DNA of 64,000 nt from Podarcis melisellensis (lineage: Eukaryota). Location: the NCBI GenBank assembly GCA_964234715.1, contig OZ174278.1; one strand, 5' to 3'. This document shows, one piece after another, positions 23,841-36,708 of the stretch; the first letter of the stretch is position 1; each line of letters opens with the position of its first letter. Below the pieces are notes generated by a model that saw nothing but the letters and a program-made list of their open reading frames with translations, was not told where the DNA came from and ran no database searches. The position numbers and the translations under genes are program-made.

Positions 23841-24984
23841 TGGCAGTTAGGCCTAAATGCATGTTAGAAGCTGGAACCATACTTTTAAGACCTATTTAGC
23901 CATTCATATGCTTTCCTTTACCTATGCATAACTAAATAAATAAACCACGCAGCACAATTAATATGCATAAGATACAAGAATACAAAAATGTATATATTCT
24001 TGAACACAGAGCTTCTTAAAAGGTAACACCCCCAAAATCTTGAACACCCCAATTTCCCTGCCCACAAGTAGGGTGAAATTTGAGAGGTCATTTTTGTACA
24101 GCTGTATTCAAAAACCAGACACATTGTTGTAGCTGATAAACTTCAGACAGCAGTCACTGCCCACGTTTTGCCACTGTAAGGTTCAGAACGATATACTATA
24201 TTCACTGTAAGTTTCAGAACAATAATCAAGTGTCAGGATATGAGAAATATCACATAGCTGACAACAGGAAACAAGGCTTTGCAAAATGTGAAATATACAA
24301 TTCATTGACATGACCTAAATATGCCAGCAAAGAATTCCATGTTGCTTTCTCCTTCAACAAAAAAAGGAATTATTTTTAAACATGACTCATGCCCAACAGA
24401 TTCCTCATTTCACACAAAGAACAATGGACTAGTTGAACTTTCAGCAATCTGTCAAACTGATCTTAAAAACTCAATTCCTGACAAAAAGAAATTTTACTGA
24501 ACTTGATGACGCCCTTATTAAAAGAATAGCCTTTTTAATACGAAAGGTATGAGAACTACTACAATGTTGCTTTATCATTGCCAGAATCGTTCAGGATTGA
24601 CATCAGTGGAAAAGATCCAACTACATAAAACACTCATTCTAAAAATGGACATATCTTTTAAGTGGGTTGCTGGATAAGGGTAGAAGTGGGGCAAAGTAGA
24701 AATGTTTTCTTGACAAAGCAGGAACTGGTTGATCTAAAACTACTGAATTGAGTTCTGGAAATAGAGCCACTTAATAGAACCACACAGGAACTAGAAGCCA
24801 GGATGGTGGTTAGGACATGGGTATGGGGGGAATGGGGCTAGGCTTTGCCTTGATTTGTCCATTTTCGGCCATTAGAGGCCCACAAGAAGAAGTAAGTTGC
24901 AATGTCCCTCTCCCATAATTGTTTCCCAGAAACAGGTTTTCAAAGTTACGGTACCCCTGATTCATAGAGATATAATGGTGAATT

Positions 24985-25105
24985 ACCATTGATCTCTTTG
25001 TGTTCCACAAATTTTACTAATCTCATTTAAACCTGTAGAAATTCATGCATCTTGAGGAAACAAATTCCACAGTTTAGCTTTGCACTTTGTGAAGATGTAC
25101 TTCCA
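24985..25105 (-). mobile_element. Old CR1 LINE 3' fragment
   Basis: AATTCCACAGTTTA...TGTGAAGATGTACTTCC resembles the reverse of the CR1 ORF2 C-terminal region. Confidence 0.45.
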
Positions 25106-25789
25106 TTGAAATATTTGATGTTGGACAATCACAAGCCTAGTTTTCTACATGACTGAGACTGAAATACATATCCAACAGAATATCCTAACACTCCTCATAC
25201 GAGTATTGACCTCATGGGAAAAGGTTTATTATAAAGCACTCTGCCATTACATTTTCTGAGGTTCACCCCTCATTAGTGATAATTAATTTTTAATAAAAAT
25301 TGCCAGAGAAAACTGATTACAAGGAACTGATCAACTATACTGTAATGTATCAGTTGGTAATGGATATGAAGAAGTCATTATAAGCTAGTATGTTAATGAC
25401 CCACAAACCAAAGAATACATCAGGAGGTCTTGAAGTTATTACCATTTATCATACCAAAGAGTTCGTGCTGTTTGGAATTTTTAATTTAATGAATGAACTG
25501 TTTCAAATTATCTTTTATTCTGGAAGGCAAAAAAGAAGTGTAAATAAGATTTTTTAAAATCTCTAATTATTCTTGTAACAGATATTACAATATCATTTTG
25601 TATGGTAATAAATTCCCTCTATAAAGCACAATGTTGTTGTTTATATTTCTGTTAATAAATTTCCAAATGGTATCATATTACTTTGAAGTATAGCCCTATA
25701 AATACTTCATTTTTGTAATAGTTAATCCCGAATAACAACAAAAATTAAAAGAAGAGCGATAAAATAGAGTCTGGTCTGCAAGTCACTTA

Positions 25790-26851
25790 CCGTATTTTTC
25801 GCTCTATAGCACGCACCCGACCAAAACACGCACATAGTTTTTAGAGGAGGAAAACAAGAAAAAAACCCTAAACGAAACAGTGGACATATGATTTTTTGTG
25901 GTTCATGCTGTGGCTACAGAAATGTGATCTTATGGTGAGTTTGGGGTAGCCCAATGCAAAAATCCTGAGGATCCATGTGGATCCATGCTTTGTAACCACA
26001 TTTTTGCACCACTGCAGCCCCAGGCAACAGTGGGTGCGTGCTTTTTTTGGTGCAAGCTGTAGCCATGGACATGCTATGTGATCTGATGGTGAATTTGGGG
26101 TGACCCAGTGCAAAAATCCTGAGGATCCATGTGGATCCGTGCTTTGTAACCACGTTTTAGGTGGGGAGGGAAGGAAAAGCACTCAAGGGACAAGGAGCAC
26201 GCATGGGGTGTGTGGAGAAGGATGCTGCTAATAATGCAGAATAGGGGTATAAGAGGAGAAGGAACACGCGTGGGGTGTGTGGAGAAGAATGCTGCTAATA
26301 ATGCAGAAGAGGGGTATAAGAGGAGAAGGAACACGCGTGGGGTGTGTGGAGAGGGATGCTGCTAATAATGCAGAAGAGGGGTATAAGAGGAGAAGGCTCC
26401 TCTCCTCTCCCTCTTTGCTCCTTTGAAGCAAGCAGGCTCTGCTTCTCTCCCACCTCCCTGGCTTAGCGCTTAGTGATCTGAAAAACCTCGCTGCTATTTA
26501 GCGAGCTGAGTGGGGAGGAGAGAGGGACATGGTTGCTTTAAAGGAGCCAACCGGACAGGAGCGGCTTACACTCGTGTAAGCCGCTCCTCTCCTCTCCCGC
26601 ATTGCTACTTTGAAGCAAGCAGGCTCTGCTTCTCTCCCTCCCCCACTCAGCGGCTCTTCTCCCGCTTTGTTGTTTCAAAGCGAGCCACAGAGGAGGGAAG
26701 GAAGGGGAACCATGGATCCTCTGCTCACGACTGCAGCAGATCCGCAGCAGATCCCCCTGCCATCTGTAGGCATTCGCTCCATAACACGCACAGACATTTC
26801 CACTTACTTTCTAGGAGGAAAAACGTGGGTCTTATGGTGCGAAACGTACGG
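25790..26851. mobile_element. Tc1/mariner-superfamily (Tc2/pogo-like) non-autonomous element
   Basis: TIRs CCGTATTTTTCGCTCTATA / TTATGGTGCGAAACGTACGG, flanked by TA (25788-89, 26852-53). The subterminal block TTCGCTC..TA..ACGCAC...TAGAGGAGGAAAA recurs near both ends. Confidence 0.88.
26198..26396. repeat. Minisatellite, 3 x 67 bp, inside the MITE
   Basis: Units start at 26198, 26265 and 26332 (CACGC..GGGGTGTGTGGAGA..GATGCTGCTAATAATGCAGAA..GGGGTATAAGAGGAGAAGG). Confidence 0.95.
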
Positions 26852-28623
26852 TATGCACTTGGATCTAAACTGCATTTTGGTCTAGTTTTAAGCCCAAAGT
26901 GATGGGTGAGCTTTCCCAGGCGGGTTTCAACTTGAGCTAACCGAAGCATTAGTCAATCGCCGGCCTGAAACCCTAGTTCTTTTTAAACCTAAAGTTCATC
27001 AGGAGTTTGATGAGATCTGGTGTCCTCCTACCTCCATTCTGCTCATAAATTGGTCCCCACATGGAAACAGGATGTCTTTCCCATTTCCTCAATAGCATTT
27101 CTGATGGTACTGGTGATGAGAACAATGGCTCCTGTACCCTTGAGCAATGCAAGAAGGAATCACACACCCTGTAAATATGCCTTGGTGTTTATACTGCCAC
27201 TAAAGGGCCTAACAAAGGCCACAGAAAAAGTACTTTTCATAGTTGCTGCTGTCAATGAAGTTTCAGTATTGAAGGAAGGCGGTGGTGGGTCAAAGGGTAT
27301 GCTGGAGTTGGCTGATGTTCCCCCAATGCATCCTGAACAAAACAGAGAAAATACTCAGCTCTTGAGCGGGTGGGCTTATTTTCTCTCTAGCTGCCCCCCT
27401 CTCATCTTCTGCCTTGGTAGGCATAAGACTGGCAAGACCAAAAATATATCTGAGTTTCCTTAAATATTGTTGTAGAATTAAAGTACTGTGTCAAATGATG
27501 AAGCAAACTCAGGTGGCTTCAACAGACTTGTCAGAGAGTGTCCTTAATACAAGGGATTGCCATAGAACCATAGAAAACAATGGGAAACAAGTTCTGGCCT
27601 GAAACACCAATGGATTTATGAAAATAATAATACTAATAATGAGATTCCTTATTGCAAGCATGGGCAATCTTCCCCAGCCAACGTGACCAACCATCAGAAA
27701 TCATGGGAGTTGGGGTCCAAAACATGACCAGTATGCTTCACTAGAATGCTAATAAAGAATTGTAACCTGTTTTAAACCTGAGTAAATTATGATCACTGCT
27801 AATAATCCAGCAATGATTTATCCTTAGTTTAAGTGTTTAGACATTCATGAGGGCTTAAAGAATTAAGAAACTCCAATCCCAAATACTGCAGAAATGTCAA
27901 ATCAAATTGCATTTAACGGGAGCAACCCATGATATCATAAATATTTCAAGAGAATTTTCCTTGTGAGGAAGTGTCTTTTACTGAAAATGTCTTACTTTGT
28001 GTATTAACTGCATTACATGCCACTCAGCATCCTGCAATATGCTGATAATTTACCACCCCACCCTTTAGTCGTTTGGGGCATGTTGATTGTTTCAGAATAC
28101 TATTGGCAATCTGAAATTACAGTACTAATCTGAAAATACAATACTAAAAATAACTGGAACAAGGTTGTGATTTCTTAATTCTAGAAGTCCTTTACAATTT
28201 TTTTTTTAATGGGAGTGAATCATTGCTGTGTTAGTAGATCTGATAATTACTGAACATATGAGTTTTCTGTAGATGTGAATGGCAGCAAACGTAGGTTTAA
28301 AACAGCTTTATTGACAACTCTTTATTAACAGTCTAAGAAAGCAGGGATTGGGCAACCTATGACTGAATCATTGGATGGCAGCTCCCATTTTCCATGACCA
28401 TTCTGTTTTACTACATCAAAACAAACGTATATACCCACAATACATGGAGGAGGAGCTATATCACACCCACTGACCTCACCACAGGCCTAAGGGTGTTGCT
28501 GAATGAGTGCTGTGGAATATATATTCATTACCCTGAAAACAATTATCTTTGAGGACTAGAGTATTTGTTCCACCCTGGTTAACATACCACCTCTTTCTTT
28601 GTGCTAAAAAGCCATCCAAGGTG

Positions 28624-29239
28624 CCTGTCCTAGAGTGAAGGCCTTCTGGGAAATGATATATAATGAGTTAAAAAAGGTGTTTATGTATACCTTCACCAAG
28701 AAACCAGAGGCCTTCCTTCTGGGCATGGTCGGCCAGAATGTGTTAAAGAAGGACAGAACACTTTTTATGTATGCTACAACGGCGGCAAGGATACTCATTG
28801 CTAAGAATTGGAAAACTCAAGATCTACCCACACTGGAAGAATGGCAGATGCAGCTGATGGACTATATGCAACTAGCCGAGATGACTGGCAGAATCCGCGA
28901 CCTGGGAGAGGAAAGGGTTGAAGAAGACTGGAAGAAATTCAAGATTTATTTACAAAAGTACTGTAATTTGGCTGAATGCTAACAAGGATGTCAGAGTAGA
29001 AACAACTGTCTACCATCAAATTATATTTTATATTTGAGTTTAACCTAAATTATTGGATTTAAGATTACAAACAAAATGATAATTTGCTTGGAAAAATTTT
29101 CTTTTTAATGATGCAAGTGGAAGCAGGAGGCGTGAGGGAGTCCATAGTAGAATGAAAAGATGTTATAAAATTTATTTTGTTTGTTAAATATGTATTTGTA
29201 TGAAAAAACCTTAATAAAAAATTATATATATATATATAT
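28624..29239 (+). mobile_element. 5'-truncated L1-clade LINE (ORF2 C-terminus, 3'UTR and tail)
   Basis: Open 115-aa frame KAFWEMIYNELKK...TAARILIAKNWK...PTLEEW...WKKFKIYL is typical of non-mammalian L1 ORF2 ends. AATAAA then an A/(TA)n tail. 17-bp TSD aaaagccatccaaggtg (28607-28623) / aaaagctatccaaggtg (29240-29256). Confidence 0.92.
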
Positions 29240-31500
29240 AAAAGCTATCCAAGGTGTAACATTTCATGAGTCTTGTGTTCCCTTGCAATTGCATCTATAA
29301 CACTTAAAATTTTTAAATGATCAGTACACAAGGTAAGCTTTAAGTTAATGCAGCTCTGTTCTTCAGCTCAATTCACAAGAGACTCATATTTTGCACAGAA
29401 GCAACCATTATAATGAAATGTTTATAGCCTGTGCCTATAAGCTTATTCAAAGCCAATTGAGATGCAAACTAGTCTATATTGCCTCATCATTCATACCCCA
29501 TGTTGATTATTTTTGGAATTTGTTCAGTGTAGCTTATATCCCAAGATAACTTGTCCGCCCTCCCCCCCCCCACTTATCACTCACTTAATTGTATGAAGGG
29601 GGGGGGGAGAGAACCAAGGATGTAAGAAGGGAAAATAAATGTAGCATCAGCAACTAGAACAGTCAAGATATTTTGCTTGTGTTAAGTCTCCCTCAGTAAT
29701 TCGACTTAGGGGTTTGTTGGATATGCTTTTATCTAGCACTAAGTAGAAACAGAAAGGGTACATTTGTGAAGGGTTTCTCCCTGTGGGATGAGCTTTCCAA
29801 TTCTATGAGATTGGTGAAGGAGGGAATCATTTTAGGTTTCCATTTCTTAATTTTCTTTTCTGGAAGAAATCACTGCAGAGAGAAGTCAGAGCACTCTGGT
29901 CATTCAGATGTCCCATGAACATGGCATTTAGATAGCAGTGGCAATGATCCATTGAGAACCACTTCAGAGGCATGCTTCAGAGTGATACTTTCAAACAGAA
30001 AATGGTGCCACAGAAGCATGTTGCTGTGAACAAGCATGAGAAGTAATGCTATTTGTGAAACATTTAACACTCACTTTGCCCCATGTCTTGTGTGTGTTGA
30101 AATGTTTACTGGAGAATGCTAAGCTCTTCCCTTCTGTTTTTTTTTTTATAAAAAAAAAAAACAGAGCAAAGCAACTGCAGAGACTATTTTGCTTGACTTG
30201 TAAAGAATGTATCTTGTTACATGAGTCTGCCTGCCAACAGTCCTCATTTTTAATAGGTTTTTCAAGACCAAGTCAGATACAATTGGTGTGAATGCAAGAC
30301 ATGGCCCTCTTTGGTCACAGCATGATTGTGAAAGTCCCTCCAAGCAAGGTTACACTAGCCTCTTCTCTGTTCTCCATTAAGCAGGCATAGTAAATATATT
30401 TCTCTGACTGCCAAAATACTAATGTATTTTATTATATTTTTATTCTTGTGGTTGTTTATCTCTGGTATGATGCTTTTAAGTGGATTGTTATTTCATTGTG
30501 GTAGACCACCTTGAGGGTTCCTTTTTTTAAGGCAGTATAGAAATATTTTGAGAAATAAATAAAAAATAGAATGATTTCAGATGTTTTCACATAGAAACAT
30601 TAAGCATTTGCATATTTCCCTCTGACTAAACACTTCTTTCCCCTATTCTACATAAAGCAGAGTTGGCCATTTTTAAAACACACCAGGTTGTCATTAAAGA
30701 TCATTCTAGATTTGTGAATAGGACTAGAAATTTTCTGATTTATCTTAAGCATAAGAATAAGTAGAATAACATAGTGAATGCTCTTCAGGGATATATATGG
30801 GGGAGACATATAATCTATTACCCTTTTGCATGTTTTCCCCCTCTTATCAACAGCAGCAAGAACTCCTTAAATTGGTGCAATCCAAATAGAATGCTATAAC
30901 CTCTTTTATCCATCTTACATATAATAAAAAGGCAAAGATGTCGCCATGCAACAGTTTGCTTGGCCTCTGACAGGTGCTGCTGCAAACCTCAGCATGGCAG
31001 TTCTTTAAGAGCTCTGGGCAGACACAGCAGCATTGGCATTTGAGGAGTAGTAGAGGAGGGAGACAGGTGCAAGTAGTGCAGGTGAGACACAGAGCAACAA
31101 CTCTGTGGGGAGGGGTGGCTTGGGAATCTCTAAGGGGAGGAGCTGTGTATCATGTGGTATAATTGGGAGGGTGGCATGTTTGCTGAACTATAATTGGAAG
31201 GAATGAGTTTGGCAAGGTGTAAGGGGAGACTGGGGGGGCTCTAAGGGCGGGCAATTGTGGGCCCATGTCCACTTCCTCCCCACCAAAAAAACCAAACAAA
31301 ATACGGCTATAATTTTGGCCACCCCCACACCCATTATAGAAGTTTCTGAAAGTTGAAGGTGTAGTAGCCCATCCAGAATGGAATAGGAGTACAGTGGGAG
31401 AATACTGCAGTGCAAAACAACATGAGAGCACTAATATGAATCTTGAAGGGAAGAAATCCCCTCCCCCAAGATACCTGGGATACTACAGAATGGGTTAAAA

Positions 31501-32033
31501 CAGTGATTTGCAACCAGGGTGTCGTGGCACCCTGGTGTGCCTAGAATGATGGTCAGGCATGTCACAGGCAATACTGGCCTCTGTCCCTCTTTCCCTCTCT
31601 TCTTCTGATGCCCTCTTGCATCTCTGCCTCCCAAAGGCTTGCACAGATGTTTGTTGCAGCAGCTCCCCAGGCGAATGATGCCTATAGGACTGGTCAGATG
31701 ATGCTGGTTGCCAGGACCTGAGGTAGCCTTGAAGTAAGCAAGCAAGTGGCAGTGTGGCAGTGTGAGGAGTCATGTCTCTCTTTGGGGCAGGGGGAGGCAG
31801 CTGAGAGAGAAGGGAGGCAGCAGTGGCTGCCCAGAGGTCTCCCAAGGAGATGGGAAAGGAGAGGAGGCTGAGGGAGCGGGAGCACTCCACAAGGGAGGGT
31901 GTGGGGAGGATGAGAGACTGCCAGCTCTGCAGGCAAGGAGTGACATAATTGGGCTCCTGAGCCCTACAGGGTGCAGCAAAAAGAATGTAATTGGTCAAGG
32001 GAGCCATGGACTCAAAAAGGTTGAAAACCTCTG
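31501..32033. mobile_element. hAT MITE
   Basis: TIRs CAGTGATTTGCAACC / GGTTGAAAACCTCTG. Perfect 8-bp TSD ggttaaaa (31493-31500 / 32034-32041). Confidence 0.9.
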
Positions 32034-33686
32034 GGTTAAAACTGTCTCTTCAAATTTTGGAAGACATCCATGTGTATCTTACTAATATCAACATGTCAGA
32101 AATGAGTGCATTTGTTAAGATACTTTCCTTCAAAGCTACCATGCTTACTAGGAAATACATTTTGTTTGTTTCATTGAAAGGATTTTTATATTTGTTTTCT
32201 CGCTTAAAGAGTTCTCAGAAGCAATGAGGCAAAAAATGAGCCTCTGTTTATTTGCTGGCTTTCACATGAAGCACAAACCAAAGAGCTTGTAAGCATTCCA
32301 AGCACACACCAAGCAACAAAAAACCCCACATTTCCTTGAATCAAGTTGTTCATCATAGTTAGCAGCTGCAATATTAATATTTAAGTTCCCCAAAGCATCC
32401 TCCTTACATCATTCTGGCAATGGAATCCTTGGTGAGCAAGTCATTTGCTCTATTTTTAATATCAAGTTAAACTCTTCACCATAATCAGAGCTTTGTATCT
32501 ATCCTCCTTGAAGCAGCTACATTAATATCACATTTAATGTGAATCCATATGCTTATGTAAGATGAAATTATTTTCTTCATTTTTGACAGGCTTTTCTGGG
32601 AAGAGATGATAAAAGTCGCTTATCTGTTTGAATTTGCCTAGTAATATTCTTAAGATTAAGGTAGGCTTATGCTTACCATTTCATCAAAACTTCCATTGGA
32701 CTCTAAATAGTGATGACTAATAAAATGGATTGCCTACTTTTCAAAGTCTTTGTTGCATCTAAGTATGTCTATTTTGGGCACATTTTGGAACATGCCAGTC
32801 AGTCAAGGAAAGCATTTTTTTTTAATAATAAAAATATAAATCTGAGCATTGCAGCAGCAAAACAAAACAAATGGACTGATGAAGCCTATATCAAGACAAA
32901 CATATGAATTCTGTATAGATATGGGCTGCAATTTGAAGGCAGGGGAATGCACCCATTAATTTCAATTGGACCTTTCTGAGTAAATAGTTTAAGACACTGC
33001 CAAAGCAGGCAGATTCTAATGGGATTGTTTTATTGTGCATTTTAATTATGGATGTTACAGTATATTTCAATGCTTGTGTAATTAGTTATACTTGTTAACC
33101 ACTTCAAAGTCTGTTTTGTCATTAAGTGGTATTCATTCATTCCTTTAAGGAATCAGAAAACTTTCTTTTCCCAGTTTTCTACTTTCCTTTTTAGCAGTGG
33201 CCCTGCATCAACCTGTTGGAAGCAGTAACAAAACTCTGGGGGGGGGGTGGGAAATAGTAACAAAATGCCCATGGTGGGGGGACCCAGTGATCAAGGGGCA
33301 ACTAACAGAAATTGTTTAGAAAAAATGGTGGGAAATGGGATAGGCACTTATAAACGAACAAACAAATAAAACAAAGCAAGCAAGAAAAATGGTCTGTTCT
33401 TACATTCTTTTACATTATTTGTCAGCTCTCCTACTTGGGAATGCTTGACACTCCAGCACATGGAACAATAATACTGAATTTTGCATTCTGCTTCAGGCAG
33501 CAAAATTTATTGTGGCAGCCCTGTGCATAAGAGCACTGCTATGCATCTTCAGTTCATTTCTATGAGGCATGTAGAGGAGAAACTTCAGCAATGAAATGAT
33601 GCTACAGACCAAGGTGCTTTGCATGTTCTCTGTTCTCTCCAAAACCTAGATTGGAAAAGACAAACAACACATAGCATGAAAATGTG

Positions 33687-33928
33687 CAGTTGTACCTTGG
33701 GTTACAAACACCTTGGATTACAAACACTTTGAGTTACAGACTCCGCTAACTCGGAAGTAGTACTTTAGGTCAAGAACTTTACCTCAGGATGAGAACAGAA
33801 ATCATGTGGCGGTGGCAAGACAGCAGCAGGAGGCCCCATTAGCTAAAATGGTACCTCAGGTTAAGAACAGTTTCAGGTTAACAACGGACCTCTGGAATTA
33901 ATTAAGTTCGTAACCAGAGGTACCACTG
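33687..33928. mobile_element. Tc1/mariner (Tigger-like) MITE
   Basis: TIRs CAGTTGTACCTTGGGTTAC / GTAACCAGAGGTACCACTG. TA on the right and TG (decayed TA) on the left. Confidence 0.88.
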
Positions 33929-35214
33929 TATTTACATATATGGTTATTCTCCATTATTTAACATGTGCCAGTCTACAACATGAATTTGTCATGACAGGGA
34001 TCAGACAGTGTGCATTTTTTTAATACAGCATACATATAAAAAGACTGTTTAAACACCACCAAATGAAGATCAAGGACTCAAGCCTGTGCCCCCAACCTAA
34101 CAGCAGAGATCATATACACATCATCTAATGATGGATGCAATACCAAGATGTGGGCATTTTATATTCATAGTTATTTGTTGCATGCAGCTCCCATGCTAGT
34201 AGGAGATGCTTGGGCAGAAGTTTCCTTTTACAGATTTGCTTCCAGTTAGAATTAAGGGGCCACAGCACTAGTCAATCTAGCCATTAGAGGCCAAAAGAAT
34301 GACATATTTCTGTATGTCAGCTCCGTTAAGCAACAGTGGTACAATGTACTATTTATGAGCAGATTTTCCATTTCATATCTCACGGGCAAAATGTTACAAC
34401 AGTCTTTTCATGGATCACCATCATCATAATAGTGTCACATTTTTACACTCAAGTGCCTTGAATCAACTTATACAATACAATAAAATAACAAAAAACTATT
34501 AAATGCAGATAAAAATAGCAATACACAAAAAATAACATGCCTGAAGCAGAATGCAAAATTCTCTCACTGCCCCAGTTAGTAAAGGTACAAAATATACAAG
34601 GTTGTCCAATGTATATTATATATGCATTCCCCCAATTCAGTATTATTGTTCCATGTGCTGGAGTGTCAAGCATATATTTTAAAATAACACACGACACTTA
34701 AAAGATGAGCACAATGAAGGCAACTATGCTCCCACTTAAAAACCATTAACCTGTGTAAATACAAACATTTTGTGTTGCCATATAATTCATTTAAGGTACT
34801 GGAAGTGATTATATTGCAGCAAGAGTGGCAAGACCAAATTGCTTTCCCTGTTTCTTTTTCTTTCCTAAAACACACTTTCCCCATTTATCTGTTTATCTCC
34901 CAGTACTGAAAGGAACTTCCACTATTGAAGACAACAATTGGAGAGAAGTGGTTGAGGAGAAAGAACGCAGGGACCACCCTCTCCCAGCCACCCGTGGTGT
35001 GCTTTAAGTCACCCACTACTATTGGTTTACAGGAGTTTGGTGCAACCTAAGTCAAACTGTGCCATCGTAATATCTACTTGGGCAGTAGTCAGTCTGTCCA
35101 AGGAAACCGATTGTCACATGACTAGTTTCCTTTTTATTTTTCAGCAAGCCAGAACAAAAAATACCTAAAACTGAAACTGTTTAGCTGGCAATGAAACCAT
35201 ATTTTCTCATTCAG

Positions 35215-35372
35215 TGCAGCTGTGATGGGGAATCTGAAGCCCTACAGATGATGTTGGACTCCCACATCCCATCAGCCCAACCCTCCAATTGTTCACATTT
35301 ATGTCATTTGACACCAATGGACAGAGTTGGGCTCCAGCAACCTATTGAGGGACACAGGTTCTCCACCTGCTG
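35215..35372. mobile_element. Quasi-palindromic MITE (family of 4107/4838) with an atypical centre
   Basis: GATGGGGAATCTGAAGCCCTACAGATG..TTGGACT and GAGTTGGGCTCCAGCAAC..GAGGGACACAGGTTCTCC arms. Confidence 0.6.
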
Positions 35373-35942
35373 CAGTGCAATACAATCTGCCTCCCCACAA
35401 TATGTATCCTGCTGACATTCACATTTAGGTATATTGCATAAGAGGTTAATGACGTGGATATGAAATGAGTAACAGTTTGCAATATTAAAGCATTTCTTGT
35501 CTGCAAGGTGAAGATAACAAACTAGGACTCGACAGATTTTTTAAAAGCTTTGTTGTACAAAGACTGGCATATGCCGTGGCTTTTAAGGATTATTAATAGA
35601 ATGCAATTTCCAGGATGAGGTGTGTGTGGAATCTGAAGACCTCCCTAAACTCAGATGACAAAAAACAAAATGATTAAGTCAAACACATACTTCACTTGTA
35701 CAGCTAGAAGCAGCCATAAACAGCGTCCCTATTCCCTAAATTGTTCACATTTATGTAATTTGACACTTCTCTATCTATCTTTAAAACAAATTTCTTGAGT
35801 TTAAGGCTCATATATCTTCAGCTGCTAGAGAGTATATCAGAAGATTTGCCAGAACAATTCTACTCCAATAAATTGTATTGTTAAAGTCAGGTAAGCGCAC
35901 GATCATTACTGAACGGGATTTTATTCTTACATTTTAAAGTAA

Positions 35943-36098
35943 NNNNNNNNNNNNNNNNNNNNNNNNNNNNNNNNNNNNNNNNNNNNNNNNNNNNNNNNNN
36001 NNNNNNNNNNNNNNNNNNNNNNNNNNNNNNNNNNNNNNNNNNNNNNNNNNNNNNNNNNNNNNNNNNNNNNNNNNNNNNNNNNNNNNNNNNNNNNNNNN
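35943..36098. other. Assembly gap (N run)
   Basis: Continuous Ns. Confidence 1.
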
Positions 36099-36580
36099 AT
36101 TGAAAACTATAAGGTGAACAATATTTCTGATACTTTGAATCAGATATTTAACCATCGGAGGTAATAAATTATAAAGGAGAATTGTAGACATTTGCCTGAT
36201 AGATCTGGGGGCCATGTTAATGGACCACAATGAAGACAGATCACTCCATTTCAATAGTGTTGCACAGACAGCCACCTCATGAAATGCATCTCTGCCAATG
36301 CACATCAATCTCATCATGATGGCTGCTTAGATTAGACAGGGAGAACAGTGAATCCTTAAGAAGACTATTTCTATTTTTCATGGAGTTGTTTAACTTTGTT
36401 TTTATTTTATAGGTATAGTCTGAGCATTTATGCACCGTGAAGCCTAAGGATTCCATATATGTGTGTGAAGACACACACACACATACAGAAATGCATACAC
36501 AAGTACTGCTTCTCACTGAAACATATCACCACTTTACTCTGCTTATCTTTGTTTGCCTGTTTGATTCTTTTCCATATATA

Positions 36581-36622
36581 TATCAGATCAATATGCAATG
36601 CCTATTTTTATTAGTAAATGAA

Positions 36623-36666
<44 letters not shown>

Positions 36667-36708
36667 TTCATTTACTAATAAAAATAGGCATTGCATATTG
36701 ATCTGATA
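36581..36708. repeat. Perfect 128-bp palindrome centred on a (TA)n microsatellite
   Basis: The left arm tatcagatcaatatgcaatgcctatttttattagtaaatgaatgaata is the exact reverse complement of the right arm. Confidence 0.95.

Noticed and set aside
24445-24546. Open 102-nt AG..GT segment (QSVKLILKTQFLTKRNFTELDDALIKRIAFLIRK)
   Set aside because: Weak polypyrimidine tract, unrecognised peptide, no supporting neighbouring exons.
26198-26396. Regularly spaced repeats as a possible CRISPR array
   Set aside because: Head-to-tail tandem units with no unique spacers, inside a eukaryotic MITE, and no cas genes.
31495-32085. 170-aa and 107-aa ORFs
   Set aside because: They lie in the GC-rich interior of a hAT MITE; low-complexity peptides with no recognisable domain.
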